Positions 16,894-25,132 of a DNA stretch of 64,000 bases are shown here, one piece after another. The notes beneath the pieces were generated by a model that saw only the letters and a list, made by a program, of their open reading frames with translations, was not told the origin of the DNA and searched no databases. Origin of the DNA: an uncultured Bacilli bacterium (lineage in GTDB: Bacteria; Bacillota_I; Bacilli_A; RF39; UBA660); NCBI GenBank assembly GCA_934098485.1, contig CAKOOH010000005.1, positions 11,617-75,616 on the forward strand, read 5' to 3'. The translations under genes and the position numbers were made by a program. The first letter of the stretch is position 1. Each line of letters opens with the position of its first letter.

Positions 16894-17559
16894 ATGAAAA
16901 GAATCTTAATTATTGAAGATGATAAAAAACTTGCTAATGAATTAAAATACCTATTAAACACTCACGGTTATGATGCTGATAAAATAGAAAGCTTTACCGG
17001 AAATATCGTAGATGACATTATCGCTTCTAGATCCGATTTAATCTTACTTGATATAAATCTTCCTTTCGAAAGTGGCGAAACCATCTTAAAAAACTTACGC
17101 AAAACATCTAATACACCCGTAATTATGCTAACTAGTAAAGTAGGGGAAATAGATGAAGTCTTATCCCTTAGTTATGGAGCCGATGATTATATTACTAAAC
17201 CGTATAACCCCACCATTTTACTTTTACATATCGAGGCCATTTTAAAAAGAACCATGCCTAAACAAGATATCATTAACTATAAAGGCGTGACAATAAACCT
17301 AAATAAAAGTTCCCTTACTGATGGCATCAAAGAAATACCTCTAACTAAAAGTGAAATGATTATCTTTAAATATTTACTAGATAATCAAAACAAAATTGTT
17401 TCAAGAGATGCTTTAATGACCGCCCTTTGGGATAATGACGACTATATAAATGATAATGCTTTAACTGTAAATATCAGTAGGCTAAGAGGCAAACTAGAAG
17501 CATTTCACATCGAAAAAAATTTAGAAACTAGAAAAGGGCAAGGTTACATCTTATTATGA
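16894..17559 (+). CDS. OmpR-family response regulator (BceR-like)
   Basis: Receiver Asp pocket (IIEDD, LILLDINLP) and a C-terminal winged helix. It overlaps the kinase gene by ATGA. Confidence 0.9.
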   Translation: MKRILIIEDDKKLANELKYLLNTHGYDADKIESFTGNIVDDIIASRSDLILLDINLPFESGETILKNLRKTSNTPVIMLTSKVGEIDEVLSLSYGADDYITKPYNPTILLLHIEAILKRTMPKQDIINYKGVTINLNKSSLTDGIKEIPLTKSEMIIFKYLLDNQNKIVSRDALMTALWDNDDYINDNALTVNISRLRGKLEAFHIEKNLETRKGQGYILL

Positions 17560-18566
17560 AAGCATCTTTATATTTAAAAGATAAAATTATTGAAATATTT
17601 ATCTTTCTTCTAACCATTATTATCATAACCCTTTTCTTTGTCGCCTATAAAATGCCAGTATCTTTAATAATTATTACTCTTATTATTATAAATGTTTTAT
17701 TTATCACTTGCTTTATGATAGACTATCAAAAAAAGAAAACCTTTTATAACTTTTATCTACTTACTTTAAATAGATTAGATCAAAAATATCTAATTTTAGA
17801 AACTCTCACTAAGCCATCTTTTTATGAAGGCCAAATTTTATATGACAGTTTATATGAAATAAATAAATCTATGCTAGAAAAAATAAATGCCTATAAAGAA
17901 AATGTTAATGACTTTAAAGAATACATTGAAACATGGATTCATGAAGTAAAAATTCCTATTGCCTCAATGGAACTAATGCACTTTAATCACCAAGATAAAT
18001 TAAGTAAATCCCTAAAAGAGGAAATTGATCGCCTTGATGATTATACTGAAAAAGTTCTTTATTATGTCCGCAGTGAAAACGCTGAAAAAGACTATCTTAT
18101 CAAAAAAGTAAACCTAAATAAAATAATTCATAACGTACTAATCAAAAATAAAAATATTCTTTTAGAAAATAAGATCGATGTCATAACCGATAATAAAAGC
18201 ACTTTCGTTTTTAGTGATGCCAAATGGTTAGAATTTATTATTAATCAAATTTTAAGTAACAGCGTTAAATATCATAGTAAAGAAAACCCTTATATTAAAA
18301 TAAGTATTACCAAAGAAGATAATTTAGTTTTTTTAAATATATATGATAATGGGATAGGTATTAGTAAAAAAGACTTACCTCGCGTATTTGAAAAAACTTT
18401 TACCGGAACAAATGGTCATCAAAATAGTAAATCTACCGGTATGGGACTTTATATTGTTAAAAATTTAATAAACAAACTCGGTCATCAAATAACTATTTCA
18501 TCTAAAGAAAAAGAATATACTAAAGTAACCATAACTTTTGCTTTAAATGATTATTATCATCTCTAA
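17556..18566 (+). CDS. Intramembrane-sensing histidine kinase (BceS-like)
   Basis: Two N-terminal TM helices with a minimal extracellular loop. The H-box HEVKIPIASMEL and an ATPase G-box (YDNGIGI, TGMGLYI) are present. Confidence 0.85.
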   Translation: MKASLYLKDKIIEIFIFLLTIIIITLFFVAYKMPVSLIIITLIIINVLFITCFMIDYQKKKTFYNFYLLTLNRLDQKYLILETLTKPSFYEGQILYDSLYEINKSMLEKINAYKENVNDFKEYIETWIHEVKIPIASMELMHFNHQDKLSKSLKEEIDRLDDYTEKVLYYVRSENAEKDYLIKKVNLNKIIHNVLIKNKNILLENKIDVITDNKSTFVFSDAKWLEFIINQILSNSVKYHSKENPYIKISITKEDNLVFLNIYDNGIGISKKDLPRVFEKTFTGTNGHQNSKSTGMGLYIVKNLINKLGHQITISSKEKEYTKVTITFALNDYYHL

Positions 18567-18584
18567 TATTACAAAATTGTAATA
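18567..18584. promoter_or_regulatory. Perfect 8-2-8 palindrome TATTACAA-aa-TTGTAATA overlapping a TATAAT -10 (18583-18588), a candidate response-regulator operator for the ABC transporter operon
   Basis: Read directly. It sits immediately after the kinase stop and 70 nt upstream of the ABC ATPase start. Confidence 0.4.
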
Positions 18585-18655
18585 TAATTGTAAGATTAAA
18601 ATAGCGACAAAATCGCGTTTTTTTTATAAACTATTCTGGTAAGGAGAGAAAAATT

Positions 18656-19423
18656 ATGGAAAATATATTAAAAGTTGAAAAAGTCGAAAAATACTACGGG
18701 AATAAGTCAAGTCTTACAAAAGCTATTGACAATATTTCTTTTGCAGTTAAACCCCAAGAATTCATTGCCATAATGGGCGCCAGTGGTTCGGGAAAAACAA
18801 CTCTTTTAAATTTAATCTCCACGATAGATAAAGTAACTACTGGCCATATCTATGTTGATGGAGAAGACATCACGACCTTAAAAGGCAACAAACTAAATGC
18901 CTTTCGCCGTGAAAAATTAGGTTTTATCTTTCAAGATTTTAATTTGTTAGATACTTTAACGGGATATGAAAATATTGCTCTTGCTTTATCAATTTTAAAT
19001 GTTCCTCATAAAGAAATTGCCAAAAGAATTGAAGATATAGCGGAGAAACTAAACATCACAAAAATACTAAATAAATATCCATATCAAATGAGCGGTGGCG
19101 AAAAACAAAGAATTGCTTCTGCTAGAGCCATTATAACTAACCCCAAATTAGTTTTAGCCGATGAACCAACCGGAGCCCTAGACTCTAAGTCATCTAAAGC
19201 TTTATTAGAAAGTTTTGAATATTTAAATGAAACTTTAGCATCTACAATTATTATGGTAACTCATGATGCATTTACTGCTAGTTACGCTTCCAGAGTAATC
19301 TTTATTAAAGACGGCAAAATATTTAACGAATTAATTAAAGGAGACGCTACTAGAAAAGAATTCTTTAATAGTATCATTGATGTCGTTACTCTTCTAGGAG
19401 GGGATTTAAATGATGCTTTGTAA
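18656..19423 (+). CDS. ABC transporter ATP-binding protein (BceA-like)
   Basis: Walker A GASGSGKTTLLN, ABC signature LSGGEKQRIASARA and Walker B LVLADEPTGALD. Confidence 0.9.
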   Translation: MENILKVEKVEKYYGNKSSLTKAIDNISFAVKPQEFIAIMGASGSGKTTLLNLISTIDKVTTGHIYVDGEDITTLKGNKLNAFRREKLGFIFQDFNLLDTLTGYENIALALSILNVPHKEIAKRIEDIAEKLNITKILNKYPYQMSGGEKQRIASARAIITNPKLVLADEPTGALDSKSSKALLESFEYLNETLASTIIMVTHDAFTASYASRVIFIKDGKIFNELIKGDATRKEFFNSIIDVVTLLGGDLNDAL

Positions 19424-21401
19424 GTTATCAATAAATAACCTAAAAAAGAGTTTTAAAGATTACGCTATTTATTTCTTTACTTTAATCTTAGGTGTTTGTA
19501 TATTTTATATATTTAATTCCTTAGATAGTCAAACCGCGATGCTTAAAGTATCATCTTCAACTAGAGAAATTATTGTTTTATTAATAAAAGCCTTATCCGG
19601 TGTATCCGTATTTGTCTCTTTAGTTTTAGGCTTTTTAATCATTTACGCATCTAGATTTTTAATTAAAAAAAGAAAAAAAGAGTTTGGCGTCTATCTAACC
19701 TTAGGAATGAGCAAACGCAAAATATCTTTAATGCTTTTCCTAGAAACCTTACTGATTGGTATTATATCTTTAGTAATTGGACTACTACTAGGAACTTTTA
19801 TATCCCAAATAACCAGTGTATTTATCGCTAATATGTTTGAAGCTAATTTAACTAATTATACCTTTACATTCTCAAAAAGTGCCGCTTTAAAAACTATTAT
19901 GTATTTTGGCGTTATCTACTTAGTTGTCATTATTTTTAACACGGTAATTATTAATAAATGTAAGCTAATTGACTTGTTATCATCAAATCGTAAAACCGAA
20001 AAAGTAAAAATTAAAAATCCTCGTGTCTGTGTAAGCCTGTGTCTTCTTTCTATGATTATTTTGGGAGTTGCTTACTATATGGTAACTGGTGGCATAAATA
20101 AACTAATGGATTATGATGCATCAATTCTTTTACTACCTATATTTCTAGGCGGCCTCGGAACCTTTTTATTCTTCTTTTCGGTATCTGGCTTATTTTTAAA
20201 TATCTTTAGCAAATTTAAATCTCTATACTATAAAGAATTAAATGCTTTTACCTTTAAACAAATAAGCAGTAAAATTAATACCATGGTAGTATCTATATCT
20301 GTAATATGTATTTTATTGTTTATGACTATCTGCATATTATCAAGTGCTTTTTCCATTAAGAATTATTTAAATGATTCTATAAACAAATATGCCCCAGCAG
20401 ATTTCGAATATGAATATTTTGCAAATGACATAGAAGATATTAATAAATTATATGAAGAAAATGGCGTTTTAAAATATTTTAAGAATTATGTTGTCATAGA
20501 TAATTACACTTTTGAAGATTTTACTTATGAAAAACTATTTGATAAATATTATGATGAAATTTTTGCTAAATATGGCATACTAAATGTTACCTCATCTGTA
20601 GAAATGATTAAATTATCTGATTATAATAAACTTGCGGGTATTTATCACTTTACCAAAGAAAGTCTAAAAGATAATGAATTCTTAATTTCTTGTAACTTTA
20701 AAGAAGAAACTTATAATTACTTATTAAGCAAAACTAAAGAATTTAAAATTCTTAATCAAACTCTAATCAGCAAAAGTGATAATGTCATAGATAGTTTTAT
20801 ATATATGGGTGCTAATCCTACTAATGGCGGTTTTCTAATTGTTCCTGATCATGTTTTAGAAAAGGCTAAACCAACCTATAAAGTATTAGTAGGGAATTTT
20901 ATCACCCAAGATAGTGAAGAACAAAGAAATTTAATTACTAAAATTAATCGCCTTCATTATCAAGATTCTTTTTCTGTTAATACTAAAAATGATATTAAAG
21001 ATTCATCAAATGGTTTATCTGTTATGGTAACTTTTATTGGTTTATATCTAGGTATTATATTTCTAATTTCATCATCCGCTATCTTAGCCTTAAAGGCCTT
21101 ATCCGATGCCATTGATGATAAAGGTAAGTATCTTATTTTAAGAAATATTGGTGCCGATGAAAAAGATATCAATAAATCTTTATTTAAACAAACTTTAATA
21201 TTTTTTATGGTACCGCTTTCTCTTGCTATAATTCATACCATTTTTGGTATTAAATTTTGTATGATTATTTTAAATTCCATGGGTATTAATAATCTAATCA
21301 AACCAATATTTTTAACCTCACTATTTTTAATCTTTATTTATGGTAGTTATTTCTTTATTACATATTTATATAGTAAAAATTTAATTAAAACAAATCGTTA
21401 A
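19410..21401 (+). CDS. FtsX-like ABC permease with 10 TM helices and a large extracellular loop (BceB-like)
   Basis: 663 aa with a 4-TM + large loop + 6-TM hydrophobicity pattern. It overlaps the upstream ATPase gene. Confidence 0.85.
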   Translation: MMLCKLSINNLKKSFKDYAIYFFTLILGVCIFYIFNSLDSQTAMLKVSSSTREIIVLLIKALSGVSVFVSLVLGFLIIYASRFLIKKRKKEFGVYLTLGMSKRKISLMLFLETLLIGIISLVIGLLLGTFISQITSVFIANMFEANLTNYTFTFSKSAALKTIMYFGVIYLVVIIFNTVIINKCKLIDLLSSNRKTEKVKIKNPRVCVSLCLLSMIILGVAYYMVTGGINKLMDYDASILLLPIFLGGLGTFLFFFSVSGLFLNIFSKFKSLYYKELNAFTFKQISSKINTMVVSISVICILLFMTICILSSAFSIKNYLNDSINKYAPADFEYEYFANDIEDINKLYEENGVLKYFKNYVVIDNYTFEDFTYEKLFDKYYDEIFAKYGILNVTSSVEMIKLSDYNKLAGIYHFTKESLKDNEFLISCNFKEETYNYLLSKTKEFKILNQTLISKSDNVIDSFIYMGANPTNGGFLIVPDHVLEKAKPTYKVLVGNFITQDSEEQRNLITKINRLHYQDSFSVNTKNDIKDSSNGLSVMVTFIGLYLGIIFLISSSAILALKALSDAIDDKGKYLILRNIGADEKDINKSLFKQTLIFFMVPLSLAIIHTIFGIKFCMIILNSMGINNLIKPIFLTSLFLIFIYGSYFFITYLYSKNLIKTNR

Positions 21402-21449
21402 AAAAGTCTATGATTTCCACTTCATTTGGGTAATACCATAGACTTTTTG
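21402..21449. terminator. Terminator hairpin (AAAAAGTCTATG...CATAGACTTTTT), part of conserved module copy 1
   Basis: 12-nt arms with A-run and T-run flanks. The same arms recur at 56922-56972. Confidence 0.55.
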
Positions 21450-21465
21450 TATGCAGAATATTAAC

Positions 21466-21494
21466 TTGACATGGGGTGGGGTTATTAGTACAAT
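21466..21494 (+). promoter_or_regulatory. Sigma-A type promoter TTGACA-17-TACAAT, module copy 1
   Basis: Consensus -35 with 17-bp spacing to the -10. It is followed by a ~30-nt leader with the ribosome-binding site GGGGTGA before the ATG at 21524. Confidence 0.6.
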
Positions 21495-21523
21495 TATATA
21501 GAAAATATCGGGGTGAATTAAGT

Positions 21524-23671
21524 ATGAGAAATTTTCTATATAAGAGAAAAATAATATATATAATTTTAATTGTAGTTGGGATTATTGCATTAACAGGAAC
21601 AACTTATGCGATATTTACAACAACGACCACTCAAGAAGGCACAAATACAATTAATACTTTAAAGTGCTTAGAACTAACATTTTCTAATCAAAGTGATGCG
21701 ATTAATTTAGATAATACATATCCTATGAGTGATGAAAGAGGAAAAAAGAATACACCTTATACATTTACTTTAACTAATAAATGTGGTGCATATGTGGAGT
21801 ATTCGCTAGGTCTAGCCATAAATACAAGTAATACTTTAGAAAATAAATATATAAAAACAATGTTTTCTTTAAAAAATGAAGATGGTGAAACAGTTCTTTT
21901 AACTGATAGATTAGAAGGAAAAGATTATGAAGGAAAGAAAACCTACATTCTTAAAAATGATGGCCTAGAAAATAATGCTAGTAAAGACTATAAACTAACA
22001 TTATGGATTGATGAGTCTTTAACTAATTCACAAATGAACTCAGATTTTAAAGGAAATATTATATTACAATTAAAGGCTACAAAATCACCTATTACAGTGG
22101 AATGTGATAAAGGGGATAACTCAGTAATTATAAATAAAGTTTCTTCTCAAAGTGAAGCCGTTTTTACTAAAAATTGTAAAGTTGTAGGAACCGCTAAGTA
22201 TGTTAGCAGTGATGAAGTACTTGTATATAAAGTGAAATTAGAAAACAGAAGTAATACTTATGAGGGGCTTGGTTTAAGTTATAGTCTAAGTAGTACCAAT
22301 ACATCAAATAATGGTAAAATTATGCCAAGTGTAAGTAAAGAGTATATTGGCACCGATGATGTTATATTAGGTAGTGGCATAATCGAAGGTGGAACTACGG
22401 TAGAACATGATTATAATTTAAAGATCTTTTTAAATAATATTGGAGTGCTTTCTAGTGATGTATTAAGTTCTGCATTTAAAGGACAAATAAAAATAGAATA
22501 TAGTACAGCACCTAAAGAACCAACAGGGTGGAGTGAAGCAAAAAGTGGAACCTTACTAGCCGGAATAAAAACTAATAATAATACATATACGCAGTTAATT
22601 ACTAGTCCTGGAAAAGAAACATCTTCTAGTAGTGAAGCCATCTTAGCCGCCGCACCCGATGATTATGGTATGAGTTATTATTATAGAGGAGCCGTAACCA
22701 ATAATTATGTAGAGTTTGCAAATAAATGCTGGAGGATTGTAAGAGTAACTGGAGATGGTTCAATCAAATTAGTTCTTCATAATGATAATGTAAATAATGT
22801 ATCTAGTCCATGTGCTGCATCAAATAATAGTAATACGGCTGCTTTTGCAAGATATAGTGGAACAACGTATACAACAGCATTTAATACAGCGGCAGATGAT
22901 AATACTTATGTTGGCTTTATGTATGGAGCAGCCGGATCAAGTACTTATGCTGCGACTCACGCAAATACCAATAAAAGTACGATTTTACAAAATTTAGAGA
23001 CTTGGTACAATAATAATTTAACTGCATACGAAAATAAACTAGCTGATACTATTTGGTGTAATGATAAAAGTACCCAAAAAAGTCAGTCTCTAATAACTAC
23101 TAGTTTAAATACTACCACAAATAAAATTACCAAAAGTACGTCTGCTTATCCCGGCTTAGGTTATGGAACTGATAAAACCCTATATAGTGGCCGCCAAAGA
23201 AGCAGAACAAATTACTATTTCACTAATTCCGCAAATCAGCAATATGGAACCGCCGGAACGGGACCAGATCTTATATGTCCAAATGACGATTTAGATGGCA
23301 ATTTATCAAAGTTTACCGCTTATGATACCATTAATGGTAATGGAGCCTTAGATAAAAAAATCGGCTTACTTACAACAGACGAAGTACTACTTGCTGGTAG
23401 TGTCGACTGGCATATATATGTAGCCCTTAATTATAAAATGGCAAGCATCACTAGTTACATAATAGAAAATACCAAAAATATAAAATACTGGACGTTATCC
23501 GCATATAATTTCGCAGATGAAGCAAATATTATTTATGTTGGAAGTGCTTACGCCCTTGGTAATGGTGTTGCCACCACTAGTCAAGGTTTAAGACCCGCAA
23601 TTTCTTTAAAAAGTGACACTACAATATCTAAAGGAACTGGTACTTCATCCAATCCATTTGTTATAAGTTAA
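21524..23671 (+). CDS. Secreted/surface protein with a SipW-cognate-type signal peptide and a TasA/camelysin-like N-domain (~190 aa), fused to a ~500-aa unassigned C-terminal region
   Basis: Signal anchor ...ALTGTTYAIFTTT parallels TasA ...LVGGGTWAAFND. The N-domain is paralogous (~65% identity) to the N-domain of the ORF at 58699. The track ORF starts at GTG 21476 inside the promoter; ATG 21524 with a ribosome-binding site is preferred. Confidence 0.6.
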   Translation: MRNFLYKRKIIYIILIVVGIIALTGTTYAIFTTTTTQEGTNTINTLKCLELTFSNQSDAINLDNTYPMSDERGKKNTPYTFTLTNKCGAYVEYSLGLAINTSNTLENKYIKTMFSLKNEDGETVLLTDRLEGKDYEGKKTYILKNDGLENNASKDYKLTLWIDESLTNSQMNSDFKGNIILQLKATKSPITVECDKGDNSVIINKVSSQSEAVFTKNCKVVGTAKYVSSDEVLVYKVKLENRSNTYEGLGLSYSLSSTNTSNNGKIMPSVSKEYIGTDDVILGSGIIEGGTTVEHDYNLKIFLNNIGVLSSDVLSSAFKGQIKIEYSTAPKEPTGWSEAKSGTLLAGIKTNNNTYTQLITSPGKETSSSSEAILAAAPDDYGMSYYYRGAVTNNYVEFANKCWRIVRVTGDGSIKLVLHNDNVNNVSSPCAASNNSNTAAFARYSGTTYTTAFNTAADDNTYVGFMYGAAGSSTYAATHANTNKSTILQNLETWYNNNLTAYENKLADTIWCNDKSTQKSQSLITTSLNTTTNKITKSTSAYPGLGYGTDKTLYSGRQRSRTNYYFTNSANQQYGTAGTGPDLICPNDDLDGNLSKFTAYDTINGNGALDKKIGLLTTDEVLLAGSVDWHIYVALNYKMASITSYIIENTKNIKYWTLSAYNFADEANIIYVGSAYALGNGVATTSQGLRPAISLKSDTTISKGTGTSSNPFVIS

Positions 23672-23783
23672 ACTAAAAATAAGAAGATTTTAGACAAAAC
23701 ACATCTATTTGTTGCATAAATTTTTTAATTCTAGACAAGGCAACTAAAATCTTTTAAAATGATAATAGAAAGGAGTTTATATA

Positions 23784-24350
23784 ATGTTACAGAAGTTAAA
23801 CAAATTATATTTATCATCAATAATAATTTCTATTTTAATGTTTATTTTAGGTTTAATCTTTATTATTTTTCCTGAAGTATCATTTACAACTATGACTTAT
23901 GCTTTATCTGCAATACTTATAGTAAACGGAATTTACTTTATCGTTGATAAAGAATCTAGTATATTTTCATCAAGTTTCTTAACTTTAGGAGTAGTTGAAT
24001 TATTACTAGGAATTATTATGATAATTAATCCAGACATCGTAAAAACATTATTCCCAATCTTTGCTGGCATCGTAATCATTACTAAAGCCGCTTTAGATTT
24101 TAGATTAGCGATTATGCTATCTAAATACGATATTGGTAGTTGGGTATCTATGTTAATATCTTCTATAATTTCTATAATTTGTGGTATCATCATTGTTATT
24201 AATCCGGAAATAGGTGCTCTTGCTCTTACAACATCTCTAGGCATTTTAATCTGTGCTACATCCGTTACTGGTGTAATTGATACTATAATTATTAAAAAGA
24301 ATATTAAAGAAATTGTAAAATTACTAGATAATAAAAAAGAAGCAAAATAA
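23784..24350 (+). CDS. DUF308/HdeD-like small membrane protein
   Basis: Four hydrophobic helices with repeated G-rich motifs. Ribosome-binding site AAAGGAG. Confidence 0.55.
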   Translation: MLQKLNKLYLSSIIISILMFILGLIFIIFPEVSFTTMTYALSAILIVNGIYFIVDKESSIFSSSFLTLGVVELLLGIIMIINPDIVKTLFPIFAGIVIITKAALDFRLAIMLSKYDIGSWVSMLISSIISIICGIIIVINPEIGALALTTSLGILICATSVTGVIDTIIIKKNIKEIVKLLDNKKEAK

Positions 24351-24386
24351 AAAGAGTTCACATCATTTCAAATGTGAATTTTTTTT

Positions 24387-24968
24387 TTATAAACTTAAAA
24401 TATCTTCAGGAATTAAAATCTTTAAATAATTAATTAAATCTTCTTTGGTGTATTTGCCGGTTCCATTAATCCATTCAACTCCAATATTAATAACCCCGCC
24501 TAAATAAAATTTCGCAATAACTTCTCTAGGAATTTTTGTTTTAATATCATCAAGTTCTAATCTTTTTAAGACATCATTATTTACAACACTAAGTAAAATA
24601 TCCATCATAATACTATTTCTATTATTAACCATAATTGTATTATAAATATCTTTTTTATCTTCAATATGATCTAAAAATAAACTAATTAATTGAATGTAGT
24701 AATCTCTAATATTTAAATTTTTATTACTTTTTTCTAATTCTTTAACAAATTCTTCCTTTAAAAAATTCAAAAAATCTTGTAAAAGTTCATATTTATCTTG
24801 GTAATGAGCATAAAAAGTCGAGCGATTTATTAAAGCTTTAGTACAAATATCTGATACCTTAATCTCTTCAAACTCCTTTTCCTTCATTAATTCAATTAAA
24901 CTATTATATAAGACATTTTTAGTTTTAACCACCCTTAAATCAGTTTTTTCCTTCATAAACATCACCAA
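24387..24968 (-). CDS. TetR/AcrR-family transcriptional regulator
   Basis: N-terminal HTH (VSDICTKALINRSTFYAHYQDKYELL). It is divergent from the MMPL transporter gene. Confidence 0.8.
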   Translation of the reverse strand: MVMFMKEKTDLRVVKTKNVLYNSLIELMKEKEFEEIKVSDICTKALINRSTFYAHYQDKYELLQDFLNFLKEEFVKELEKSNKNLNIRDYYIQLISLFLDHIEDKKDIYNTIMVNNRNSIMMDILLSVVNNDVLKRLELDDIKTKIPREVIAKFYLGGVINIGVEWINGTGKYTKEDLINYLKILIPEDILSL

Positions 24969-25132
24969 GTAAATTATAAATCAAAAACCTACAAAAGAAA
25001 AGATAACTACTAAAATGTTGCTTATTATCAATACATAACTATAAAAGTGTTGGAAAACATACAAAAATAGAAATATATTTATTCACATTTCGCCTATAGA
25101 ATAATAGAATGTATAGCGAAGGAGAAATTTAT

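Noticed and set aside
23701-23770. 10-bp inverted repeat AAGATTTTAG...CTAAAATCTT separated by ~50 nt upstream of the HdeD-like gene
   Set aside because: The arms are too far apart for a simple hairpin terminator or operator, and the region is AT-rich where such matches occur by chance.
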